A stretch of DNA of 53,317 bases from Gammaproteobacteria bacterium (lineage in GTDB: Bacteria > Pseudomonadota > Gammaproteobacteria > Steroidobacterales > Steroidobacteraceae): positions 1 to 53,317 of the forward strand of contig JAYUGT010000287.1 of NCBI GenBank assembly GCA_043738315.1, read 5' to 3'. Shown piece by piece: positions 28,999-37,684 of this stretch (positions within the stretch are counted from its first letter, which is position 1; the number at the start of each line of letters is the position of its first letter). The position numbers and the translations under genes were made by a program. The notes beneath the pieces are model-generated. The model was not told the DNA's origin. It searched no databases and saw only the letters and a program-made list of their open reading frames with translations.

Positions 28999-30331
28999 GA
29001 ATCCCCCGATTCGCCGGATCGAGGCGGAACGCCCGGAGCACCGGCAGGCTCAACAGGTAACAGATCGAAGGCAGGATCGCAACGCAGACGTAGATCATGC
29101 GCTCCGCTGCGGGCGTCTGGGCAGCGGCGGACTTATCGTAACCGCCCGCATCCAACAGCACGCCCACCAGCAGCGGTCCAAACGCGAACGCCAATTTTTC
29201 AACGGAGCTATAGACCCCGGCCAGCACGCCCTCACGACGCGCGCCGCCCCTGCTTCGATCAAACTGCATCGTGTCTGTTAGCAGTGACTGCGCGGCCAGC
29301 AGAATCCCCGCGGTCGCAATACCGTAGAAAAATGCCCGCGCTATGATCATCCAGTCCGGCTCGGCCGGACGCGCCAGCAGGAAACTCGACAATACGACCA
29401 CGATAAGCACCGTGGCTGCGAACCACGAACGCGCATTGCCGAAACTCGCAGCGATCCTGAACCAGACGGGAATAAACAGCAGTGTGCCGAGGATCGACGC
29501 GATACCAAACTTTGTCGCCACGTCTTTTTCCGCCAGGCCCAGGATGGACTTCATCAGAAACAATAAAGACGCAAGCACCAACGCCGTCGCTATCATCTGC
29601 AGCAGCTTGACGAGCATCAAATTCATGAACGGTCGATTCTGCAGCACACTCGCAAACTGCCGCCAAATTGGCGCCGCGGGCTCTTGCCGCGATCCGCGCA
29701 GCGGCGAACCGCGATCGATGCCACGGCTGGCGAGCACCGCGACCAACATTGGCAACGTGATCAACCACGCGACCACCGACCCCATGAACGCATAGCCGGT
29801 ACGCTGGCCGCCACCCGCGCTTACCAGGTACAATGCGCCCGCCGCTCCTAACACAATTCCGGCCTGCATGAATCCAACCCGGAACGACATCAGTCGCGCC
29901 CGCTCCGTCGCGCTCTCGCTTATTTCACCCGCGAGTGCAATGTAGGGAATGTTGAACAAGGTATAGCCGGTGGCGTAAAGCAGCAGGAATCCCAGCTCCC
30001 AGACCGTGATGTGCGCAGCCGCAAAAGCCGGTGGACTGAAAATCAGCCAGAACGACAATCCGCAGAATATCGCGCCTAACAGCATCCACGGCACCCGCCG
30101 CCCCCAGCGGCTCGAGGTGCGATCGCTGAGCATGCCCATCGGCGCATCGGTTACCAGGTCGTAAATCTTGCTGATAAAAATGATGGAGCCGGCCATGGTG
30201 CCGCTGATGCCAAGAATATTGACGAAGAAAAACAGCTGCATCGCGCCCAAGGCATTCAGCAAGGTCGCCGTTCCGAGCGAACCGACGCCCCATCCCAACA
30301 GCAATCGCAGCGGCAGGCGTTCCGAATTCAT
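28988..30331 (-). CDS. GPH-family MFS symporter (paralogue of 27643..28998)
   Basis: 447 aa. MLSDRTSSRWGRRVPWML is the same loop motif. 11-nt overlap with the downstream paralogue. Confidence 0.8.
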   Translation of the reverse strand: MNSERLPLRLLLGWGVGSLGTATLLNALGAMQLFFFVNILGISGTMAGSIIFISKIYDLVTDAPMGMLSDRTSSRWGRRVPWMLLGAIFCGLSFWLIFSPPAFAAAHITVWELGFLLLYATGYTLFNIPYIALAGEISESATERARLMSFRVGFMQAGIVLGAAGALYLVSAGGGQRTGYAFMGSVVAWLITLPMLVAVLASRGIDRGSPLRGSRQEPAAPIWRQFASVLQNRPFMNLMLVKLLQMIATALVLASLLFLMKSILGLAEKDVATKFGIASILGTLLFIPVWFRIAASFGNARSWFAATVLIVVVLSSFLLARPAEPDWMIIARAFFYGIATAGILLAAQSLLTDTMQFDRSRGGARREGVLAGVYSSVEKLAFAFGPLLVGVLLDAGGYDKSAAAQTPAAERMIYVCVAILPSICYLLSLPVLRAFRLDPANRGIHGG

Positions 30332-31752
30332 GACAGCACCTGTCGCGCCGCGGCGCGTCCTGCAAGTCGGCCCAGCGTTGTCGCAGTCAGCAGGCCGTTG
30401 CCCGCCATGTATCCCCAGCAGGAGGGGCCCGAAATGCCGCGCGCCGCGCCGCCCCCGGCAAACAGGTTCGGCAGCGCCGCGCCGTTGTCGCGCAGCACGC
30501 GCCCCTCCGCATCCACCGCGAGACCGCCCTGAGTGTGAAACAGCGCGCCGGTGACCTTGACCGCGTAATACGGCGCAGCTAACAGAGGCTTGCCCGTGAA
30601 ATCGCGGCCGAAGTCATCGGCGCGCTCGCCGCGCACGCAACTCGCGGCCTGGCCGCAGGTCGCACGCAGCGCCGTCGCCGGCAGCGATGTCAGGCGCGCC
30701 AGCTCGGCCAGATCCGGCGCGCTGACAATCGCGCGCGCCTCGACAGCATCGCGGTAATCGTCGAACTCCAGCATCAGTTGGTGCAGGCGCTCATCGTAGA
30801 TGTCCCAGGCGAAGCGCCCGGGTTGCGCGACCACCTGCACGGCCTGCTCCGAGTAGCCCAGCGCTTCATTGGAAAAGCGCTCACCCGCGGCGTTCACCTG
30901 GAAACCGCCTTCCATGATCAGCGGCCAGAGAATCGGTATACCGCGACCCATCGCCAGCCCGCCGTGGCCCTGATAGGCATGGATGTCACGCACCGCGGCG
31001 CCTAACGCCAGACCCCAGCGAATCGCGTCGCCCTTGTTGCCGGGATGCCCGAAAAAAGTCGCGGGCACGATCTCCGGGATGAACTGCTGCAACATCGCGG
31101 GGTTTCCGGCGAAGCCGCAGCAAGCCAGCACCAGCGTGTCGCAGCTGAGATCCTCGATGCTGCCATCCGGCCGGTGCACCCGGACGCCGCGCACGCGGCT
31201 ATCCGCAGCGTCGGCGAACAACTCGCCGGCCAGCGCGTCGGTCAGCACGTCGATGCCGCACCGGTCGATGGCCAAGGACAGCGACCCCATGAGCTCCGCG
31301 CCGGTTCTGTTAGGTGAGCCGTGCATGCGTTTGACCGAATGGCCCGGATACAGGAAGCTGTCCACAAGCGACAGCGGCACCTGCTGCGCGTCGATCAGCC
31401 ATTCCACCGTCGCCGCGGATTCGCGCGCCAGCGCCAGGGCGATGTCAGGGTCCGTCTGCCCGCGGGTCTTCTGCATGATGTCGGCGGCGAACAGTTCGGG
31501 CGAGTCGACAATGCCGGCGGCCTGCTGCAGCCGGGTTCCGGCGCCGGGTATCAGGCCCGTGGACATCGCGGTCGTGCCCAGCGCGCTGGCATCCCGTTCC
31601 AGCACCAGGACCTCCGCGCCCTGCTCTTGCGCAGCGAGCGCCGCTGTCAGCCCGCAGCCACCGCCACCGACCACCAGCACCGGCACGTGCGCGCTGAACC
31701 GGGCGGCACCGGGCTGCAAGATCCCGGAACATTCGATCGGCTGAGACATCAC
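30328..31752 (-). CDS. FAD-dependent oxidoreductase (paralogue of 25543..26961)
   Basis: VPVLVVGGGGCGLTAAL dinucleotide motif and a C-terminal FAGGGAARG region. ATGA overlap with the GPH gene. Confidence 0.8.
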   Translation of the reverse strand: MMSQPIECSGILQPGAARFSAHVPVLVVGGGGCGLTAALAAQEQGAEVLVLERDASALGTTAMSTGLIPGAGTRLQQAAGIVDSPELFAADIMQKTRGQTDPDIALALARESAATVEWLIDAQQVPLSLVDSFLYPGHSVKRMHGSPNRTGAELMGSLSLAIDRCGIDVLTDALAGELFADAADSRVRGVRVHRPDGSIEDLSCDTLVLACCGFAGNPAMLQQFIPEIVPATFFGHPGNKGDAIRWGLALGAAVRDIHAYQGHGGLAMGRGIPILWPLIMEGGFQVNAAGERFSNEALGYSEQAVQVVAQPGRFAWDIYDERLHQLMLEFDDYRDAVEARAIVSAPDLAELARLTSLPATALRATCGQAASCVRGERADDFGRDFTGKPLLAAPYYAVKVTGALFHTQGGLAVDAEGRVLRDNGAALPNLFAGGGAARGISGPSCWGYMAGNGLLTATTLGRLAGRAAARQVLS

Positions 31753-31857
31753 CCGAGCCTACCGACCCGCCGGCACGCAAACAATGCGATTGCGGCCGCG
31801 CCCACGTCTCGGTCGGCATCGGCCACCGCGCGCTCGCAGAGATGCGCCCGCATTAGC

Positions 31858-33381
31858 ATGTGGCCCATGAACACCACGACACCACAGGCCCCGGGCCCTT
31901 CCAAAGCGACCGCCGATTTCCTGGCCCGCAAGCATGGTCACTGGATCAACGGCAAGTGGGTCGCCGCGCGCAGCGGCCGGACCTTCGACGTGCACGACCC
32001 GGCCACCGGCGGCAGGATCGCCACGGTCGCTGCCGGCGATGCGGCCGACATCGACGCGGCTGTTAGCGCGGCGCGCGCGGCATTCGCCAACCCGGCCTGG
32101 ACGAAAATGCCTGCTTCGCAACGCGGGCAGATCCTGTGGAAGGCCGCGGATCTTATCGTCGCGAATTTCCAGCAGCTGGTCGAGCTGACGATCCTCGACA
32201 ACGGCATGCCGATGCCGCTCGCGCAGTACACGAGCGGGCTGTTCGTGCCCGAGTTCTTCCGCTATTACGCCGGCTGGCCGACCAAGATCACCGGCGACAC
32301 CATCCCGGCGAATCCGCAGGGCCGCCTGACCGGTGACGTGTTCTCGTTCACGCTGCGAGAGCCGATCGGCGTGGTCGGCGCGATCACGCCGTGGAACTCG
32401 CCGCTGGCGATGGAAATGCTGAAAATCGTGCCGGTGCTCGCGACGGGCTGCACGCTCGTGCTGAAACCCGCCGAGCTAACACCGTTGACCGCGATGCGCC
32501 TCATGGAGTTGCTGCAGGAAGCCGGCGTACCCGACGGCGTCGTCAATCTCGTCAATGGCACCGGTGAGGCCGCAGGCGCGGCGCTGGCCGCGCATCCGGG
32601 CGTCGACAAGATTGCGTTCACCGGTTCCACCGAGGTCGGCCGCCTGATCGTCAAGGCCGCGGCCGGCAATCTCAAGAAAGTCTCGCTGGAACTCGGCGGC
32701 AAGTCACCGGTGGTCGTGTTCCCCGACGCGAACCTCGACGAGGTGATTCCAGGCGCGGCCCGCGCCTGCTTCTTCCTGCAGGGCCAGAACTGCATGGCGG
32801 GCACGCGACTGTTCGTGCACCAGAAGATCCACAACCAGGTGGTCGATGGTGTTGCAGCGATTGCGAAGTCCTTCAAGATCGGTCCCGGCATGGATCCTAA
32901 CAACGACTTCGGACCGCTGATCTCGAAACAGCAGCGCGACCGCGTCGCAGGCTTCGTCGAAGCCGGCCGCCGGGAAGGCGGTGAAATCGCGTGCGGCGGC
33001 AAGGCGATCGCGCGCGATGGCTGGTTTTTCGAACCGACGATTTTCGCCAACGCGCGCCCTGAGCTGACGCCCGTCAGGAGCGAGATTTTCGGGCCCGTGC
33101 TCTGCGTCGAGACCTTCGGCGACGATGATCTCGATGACATCGCGCGCCGGGCTAACAGCTCCATCTACGGCCTGTCCGGCAGCGTCTGGACACGCGATCT
33201 CGGCAAGGCCATGCAGATGGTGCGCAAGATCGACTCCGGCCAGGTCAGCGTCAACATGCACGCGGCGCTCGATCCTGCGATGCCCTTCGGCGGCAACAAG
33301 CAGTCGGGCTGGGGACGCGAGTTCGGCAAGGAAGGCCTCGAGCCTTACCTCAAGACCAAGGGCATCAGCATCGCCTGGTAG
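31858..33381 (+). CDS. NAD(P)-dependent aldehyde dehydrogenase
   Basis: Frame of track ORF 31321..33381 with start at ATG 31858. ITPWNSP, FTGSTEVG, LELGGKSP and the catalytic-Cys region FFLQGQNCMAG are present. Confidence 0.9.
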   Translation: MWPMNTTTPQAPGPSKATADFLARKHGHWINGKWVAARSGRTFDVHDPATGGRIATVAAGDAADIDAAVSAARAAFANPAWTKMPASQRGQILWKAADLIVANFQQLVELTILDNGMPMPLAQYTSGLFVPEFFRYYAGWPTKITGDTIPANPQGRLTGDVFSFTLREPIGVVGAITPWNSPLAMEMLKIVPVLATGCTLVLKPAELTPLTAMRLMELLQEAGVPDGVVNLVNGTGEAAGAALAAHPGVDKIAFTGSTEVGRLIVKAAAGNLKKVSLELGGKSPVVVFPDANLDEVIPGAARACFFLQGQNCMAGTRLFVHQKIHNQVVDGVAAIAKSFKIGPGMDPNNDFGPLISKQQRDRVAGFVEAGRREGGEIACGGKAIARDGWFFEPTIFANARPELTPVRSEIFGPVLCVETFGDDDLDDIARRANSSIYGLSGSVWTRDLGKAMQMVRKIDSGQVSVNMHAALDPAMPFGGNKQSGWGREFGKEGLEPYLKTKGISIAW

Positions 33382-33414
33382 CTAATATCACGGGGGCGGA
33401 CGCCCCACTTTGGA

Positions 33415-33480
33415 GCACAGGCGCCTGTGCGGTGCCTCGTTGCGGTGCGTCCCGGCGGACTGCGCCGCCTGTGTTGCGCA
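33415..33480. promoter_or_regulatory. Two dyad symmetries upstream of the amtB sigma-54 promoter (candidate enhancer-binding-protein sites)
   Basis: Perfect 16-bp palindrome GCACAGGCGCCTGTGC at 33415..33430, and TGCGC-N10-GCGCA at 33461..33480. The GCAC/GTGC half-sites recall NtrC sites, but the spacing is 1 nt off the E. coli consensus. Confidence 0.3.
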
Positions 33481-33510
33481 TTCTCCAGTCAATTTCAATG
33501 AGTTAGCAGC

Positions 33511-33526
33511 TGGCACGAAAGCTGCT
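33511..33526 (+). promoter_or_regulatory. Sigma-54 (-24/-12) promoter for amtB
   Basis: TGGCACGAAAGCTGCT matches TGGCAC-N5-TTGCW, with GG and GC exactly 12 nt apart. It lies about 40 nt upstream of the AGGAG SD and the amtB GTG start. Confidence 0.6.
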
Positions 33527-33567
33527 ATGTCCCCGTCGATGATTCCGTATCGACAGGAGTAGCCCCC

Positions 33568-34941
33568 GTGAAATTGCTGTTTGCCTTCCTTGCCCTCTTC
33601 GCAGCCAACTTTGCCGCCGCGGCCGACGCCCCGGTGCCTAACAAAGGCGACACCGCCTGGGTGCTGATATCCACGGTGCTGGTCATCCTGATGACTATCC
33701 CGGGACTCGCCCTGTTCTACGGCGGCATGGTGCGCAACAAGAACGTGCTGTCAGTGCTGATGCAGGTGTTCGTCACTTTCTGCCTGATCACCGTACTCTG
33801 GGCGATTTACGGTTACAGCTTCGCGTTCACGCAAGGCAACGATTTCTTCGGCGGCAGCAGCCGCCTGTTCCTCGCGGGCATGACGCCGGACTCGGTCGCA
33901 GCCACCTTCAGCAAGGGCGTGGTGATCCCCGAATTCGCCTACTTCGTCTTCCAGCTCACTTTTGCAGCGATCACCCCCTGTCTGATCGTCGGCGCGTTTG
34001 CCGAGCGCGTTAAGTTCTCGGCTCTAATTGCGTTCATGGTCATCTGGTTCACGCTCGCGTATCTGCCGATCGCGCACATGGTGTGGTACTGGGCAGGCCC
34101 GGACGCCTACACCGACGCCGCGGCCGCCGAAGCGGCGGGCAAGACTGCGGGCTTCCTGTTCCAGAAAGGCGCGCTCGACTTTGCCGGCGGCACGGTGGTG
34201 CACATCAATGCCGGCATCGCCGGCCTGGTTGGCGCACTCGTGATCGGCAAGCGTATCGGTTACGGCCAGTCAGCCATGCCGCCGCACAGCCTGCCCATGG
34301 TCATGATCGGCGCGTCGTTGCTTTGGGTCGGCTGGTTCGGCTTCAACGTCGGCTCCAACCTCGAAGCCACGGGCTTTGCCGCGCTGGTGTTTGCTAACAC
34401 CGTGCTCGCGACCGCCGCCGCGGCGCTGTCCTGGATGCTGGCTGAATGGGTGCTGCGCGGTTCGCCGACGATGCTGGGTGCGGCGTCGGGCGCGGTCGCC
34501 GGCCTGGTCGCGATCACACCGGCCTGCGGTTTTGTCGGCCCGATGGGCGCGCTGATCATCGGCTTGCTCGCCGGCGTCATCTGCCTCTGGGCCTGCGCCA
34601 GCCTCAAGCACAAGCTCGGTTACGACGACTCACTCGACGTGTTCGGCGTGCACTGCATCGGCGGCATCCTCGGCGCGCTGCTGACCGGCGTGTTCGTGTC
34701 GCCGGCGTTAGGTGGCACCGGTGTCTACGACTACGTGGCCAATGCCTCGAGCTTCGACAGCATCGGTGCACAGGTCATGCGACAGGCCTGGGCGGTCGGC
34801 ACGACGCTGGTCTGGTCCGGTGTCATTGCCTTCATCGCCTTCAAGCTGGTCGACGTCACGATCGGGCTGCGCGTGGCGGAAGAAGACGAGCGTCAGGGCC
34901 TCGATACGAGCACCCATGGCGAACGCGCTTACAACGATTGA
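33568..34941 (+). CDS. amtB: Ammonium transporter
   Basis: GTG start with an AGGAG SD and a signal peptide. DFAGGTVVHINAG and FGVHCIGGILGALLTG are the twin-His Amt signatures. Confidence 0.92.
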   Translation: MKLLFAFLALFAANFAAAADAPVPNKGDTAWVLISTVLVILMTIPGLALFYGGMVRNKNVLSVLMQVFVTFCLITVLWAIYGYSFAFTQGNDFFGGSSRLFLAGMTPDSVAATFSKGVVIPEFAYFVFQLTFAAITPCLIVGAFAERVKFSALIAFMVIWFTLAYLPIAHMVWYWAGPDAYTDAAAAEAAGKTAGFLFQKGALDFAGGTVVHINAGIAGLVGALVIGKRIGYGQSAMPPHSLPMVMIGASLLWVGWFGFNVGSNLEATGFAALVFANTVLATAAAALSWMLAEWVLRGSPTMLGAASGAVAGLVAITPACGFVGPMGALIIGLLAGVICLWACASLKHKLGYDDSLDVFGVHCIGGILGALLTGVFVSPALGGTGVYDYVANASSFDSIGAQVMRQAWAVGTTLVWSGVIAFIAFKLVDVTIGLRVAEEDERQGLDTSTHGERAYND

Positions 34942-35506
34942 CGAACAGCGATCTGCGCCCCCTCGCACGATCGTCATTCGGCTCGCAACGGCCCGGGACG
35001 AAACTCTCGTCCCGGGCCTTTGTGCCCTGCTGCAGGACGCCGTCCATGGCGGCGCATCAGTCGGATTTCTCGCGCCGTTAGCCACGCCGACCGCGCTGCG
35101 CTACTGGCGCGGCGTCTTCTCGGACCTGAATCGTCAGCAGGTACTCTGGATTGCTCTGGATGATGGCGCCGTGGTCGGCACAGTGCAGCTCGGCCTGTGC
35201 CTCAAGGAAAACGGCAGCCACCGCGCGGAAGTCCAGAAACTGCTGGTGCGCAGCGACTATCAACGCCGGGGCATCGCCCGTGACCTGCTGCGGGCTTTAG
35301 ATAAATATGCCGTTGCTAACAATCGCAGCCTGCTGGTGCTCGATACCATCGCGGGCTCGGCGGCCGAGTTGCTGTATCAGAATCTGGGCTGGCAGAAATC
35401 CGGCGAGATCCCCGATTACGCGGCCATGCCGGATGGGCAGTTGCGACCGACCGCCGTGTATTACCGGTTACTGCAATCCGCGTCCATGCAGCCGCGTGCC
35501 GCCTGA
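34916..35506 (+). CDS. GNAT-family N-acetyltransferase
   Basis: Frame of track ORF 34712..35506 with ATG 34916, overlapping the amtB 3' end by 26 nt. LLVRSDYQRRGIARDLL is the acetyl-CoA-binding motif A. Confidence 0.8.
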   Translation: MANALTTIDEQRSAPPRTIVIRLATARDETLVPGLCALLQDAVHGGASVGFLAPLATPTALRYWRGVFSDLNRQQVLWIALDDGAVVGTVQLGLCLKENGSHRAEVQKLLVRSDYQRRGIARDLLRALDKYAVANNRSLLVLDTIAGSAAELLYQNLGWQKSGEIPDYAAMPDGQLRPTAVYYRLLQSASMQPRAA

Positions 35507-35523
35507 GGTAATCTCCGGGGCGA

Positions 35524-36117
35524 ATGCCGTCGACCCGATTCCCCGCGCCGCCACCACTTTCTCCGCAAGTCGCAAGCTGGTGGCGCCGGCCACTGGGCAT
35601 TCTGGTCATGTGGCTCACCGGCTGGCGCATCGATGGCAACCTGCCGAATCTGCGCAAATACCTGGTCATCGTCGCGCCGCACACGTCCAACTGGGACTTC
35701 TTCTACGGCTTTCTCGCCTACCTGACGCTGCGGCTCGAAATAACGTGGCTCGCCAAACACACGATCTTCCGCTGGCCGCTCGCACCCATCGCCCGTCGCT
35801 TTGGCGGCGCACCGATCGATCGCGCCCAGGCAGGCAACGTGGTACAGGCGCACATCGCTGAATTCGCCAGGCGCGACCACATGGCGTTAGCCATCACACC
35901 CGAAGGCACGCGCAGGAAAGTGCCGGAATGGAAGCGTGGTTTTTATTTCATCGCGATGGGCGCCGGCGTGCCGATCGTTCCGGTAGCGCTGGATTTTTCC
36001 CAGAAGCGCATCCTGATCGGCGAGGTCTTTACGCCGACCGGTGACTACGCCGCTGACCTGTCGCACCTCAAGGGTTTCTACCACAGCGAGATGGCGCGAA
36101 ATCCGGCGCAGTTCTAG
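35524..36117 (+). CDS. Lysophospholipid/1-acyl-glycerol-3-phosphate acyltransferase family protein
   Basis: HX4D motif APHTSNWDF and ITPEGTRRK motif. Confidence 0.75.
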   Translation: MPSTRFPAPPPLSPQVASWWRRPLGILVMWLTGWRIDGNLPNLRKYLVIVAPHTSNWDFFYGFLAYLTLRLEITWLAKHTIFRWPLAPIARRFGGAPIDRAQAGNVVQAHIAEFARRDHMALAITPEGTRRKVPEWKRGFYFIAMGAGVPIVPVALDFSQKRILIGEVFTPTGDYAADLSHLKGFYHSEMARNPAQF

Positions 36118-36132
36118 CGCTGCACCGGTGTG

Positions 36133-37227
36133 CTAGGCCATGCGCAGAATCGGCTTGATCGCACGCTGCGCGTCGGCATCATCCAGCGCGGTCGCCACAT
36201 CCCTGAAATCGTAGTACTTCACCAGCCGGTCGAACGGCAGCCGCCCCGCCAGGTAATGCTCGGCTAACAAAGGAATGAAGCGCTCCGGGACACTGTCGCC
36301 CTCGAGGCAGCCGATCAGTTTTTTGCCGCCGGTGAGTATTGGGAACGGTGTGTGCGGAAATGGCCGCGCCAGCAGCGGCACGGTCGCAATCGCGCAGCTG
36401 CCCTTGCGCGCCAGGCATTCGATCGCATCCAGGTAGGTTTGCACCTGGCCGGCGTTCTCGAACGAATAGTCCATGCCGCGCGGCACGATGCCCCTGAGGC
36501 GCGCAACCACGTCGCCGTCGCGCGCGTCCAGCGCATGGGTCGCGCCGAATTCGAACGCCAGCGCCAGGCGCTGCGGATTGATGTCGATCGCAACGATGCG
36601 CGCACAGCGCGCGAGCCTCGCGCCCATGACCGCGGCGAGACCAACCGATCCGACGCCAAAAATTGCGATGCTGGTTCCGGGCTGGGCGCCCAGTGTGTTG
36701 AGCACTGCGCCGGCGCCCGTCTGGATGCCACAGCCCAGCGGACCCGCCAGCTCGAGCGGCATCGCGTCGGGCAAGCGTATGACGTTGCGCTCGGTCGCGA
36801 GCGCATGGGTAGCGAACGAAGACTGCTGGAAGAATGCGCCGTGCACCACGGCGCCCACGCTATCGCGCAGCGTAATCGAGCCGTCTTCACGAGCGCCGCC
36901 GAATTGCAGCTCGTGTCCCGCTTCGCAGGCCGCCATCTGCCCGGTGCGGCAATTCTGGCAGTGGCCGCAGAAGCCGAAAGTCATCGCGACCCGGTCGCCA
37001 CGCCGCACGCGCGTGACAGCAGCACCGGTCTTTTCTACGATGCCCGCGCCTTCATGGCCAAATACCGCGGGCAGCGGAAATCTTTTCGGCGCGAAAAGAT
37101 CGGTGTGGCAAACGCCCGCCGCGACAACACGCACCAGCACTTCATCGGCGCGCGGCTCATCCAGCTCCAGGGTTTCGATGCGCACCGCCGCATCGACGGC
37201 GCGGCAAACCGCGGCGGAAATCTGCAC
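36133..37227 (-). CDS. Zinc-dependent alcohol dehydrogenase (aryl-alcohol dehydrogenase-like)
   Basis: GVCHTDL, GHEGAGIV, structural-zinc cysteines CGHCQNC and GVGSVGLAAV. Confidence 0.85.
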   Translation of the reverse strand: MQISAAVCRAVDAAVRIETLELDEPRADEVLVRVVAAGVCHTDLFAPKRFPLPAVFGHEGAGIVEKTGAAVTRVRRGDRVAMTFGFCGHCQNCRTGQMAACEAGHELQFGGAREDGSITLRDSVGAVVHGAFFQQSSFATHALATERNVIRLPDAMPLELAGPLGCGIQTGAGAVLNTLGAQPGTSIAIFGVGSVGLAAVMGARLARCARIVAIDINPQRLALAFEFGATHALDARDGDVVARLRGIVPRGMDYSFENAGQVQTYLDAIECLARKGSCAIATVPLLARPFPHTPFPILTGGKKLIGCLEGDSVPERFIPLLAEHYLAGRLPFDRLVKYYDFRDVATALDDADAQRAIKPILRMA

Positions 37228-37262
37228 TAGACGCGAGCCACCGTCGTCAGCTGCCGCACGCG

Positions 37263-37682
37263 TTACCAGGTACCGGTGTTAGGCATCGACGCCCAGGGCT
37301 CGGCCGGCGCGCGCCGCTCGCCCTTCTGCAGCAGCTCGATCGAGATGCCGTCCGGCGACCTGACAAACGCCATGAAACCATCGCGCGGCGGGCGCAGGAT
37401 GGTGACGCCGAGGTCCATCAGGCGCTGGCAGGTCGCGTAGATGTCGTCGACTGCGTAGGCGAGATGCCCGAAGTTGCGGCCGCCCGTGTAGGGCTCGGGG
37501 TCCCAGTTATAGGTCAGCTCGACCTGCGCGTCATGGTCACCGGGCGCCGCGAGAAAAATCAGAGTGTGCCGCCCTGGAGCATTGTCCTTGCGGCGGATTT
37601 CCTCCAGGCCTAACGCGCCACAGTAAAATTTCAAAGATGCGTCCACGTCGGTGACACGCACCATCGTATGCAGGTATTTCAT
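37263..37682 (-). CDS. gloA: Lactoylglutathione lyase (glyoxalase I, VOC family)
   Basis: LHTMVRVTDVDASLKFY and ELTYNW align with enterobacterial GloA. Only 2 nt downstream of the ilvI stop. Confidence 0.75.
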   Translation of the reverse strand: MKYLHTMVRVTDVDASLKFYCGALGLEEIRRKDNAPGRHTLIFLAAPGDHDAQVELTYNWDPEPYTGGRNFGHLAYAVDDIYATCQRLMDLGVTILRPPRDGFMAFVRSPDGISIELLQKGERRAPAEPWASMPNTGTW

Positions 37683-37684
37683 GG

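Noticed and set aside
31321-31857. Long N-terminal extension of the aldehyde dehydrogenase ORF (track start 31321). Similar extensions occur at 23504..23740, 24309..24764, 16790..17002 and 34712..34915.
   Set aside because: The extensions overlap the neighbouring gene and translate to Arg/Pro-rich junk. Internal ATGs with an SD or a signal peptide give N-termini that match the expected family, so the shorter starts were used.
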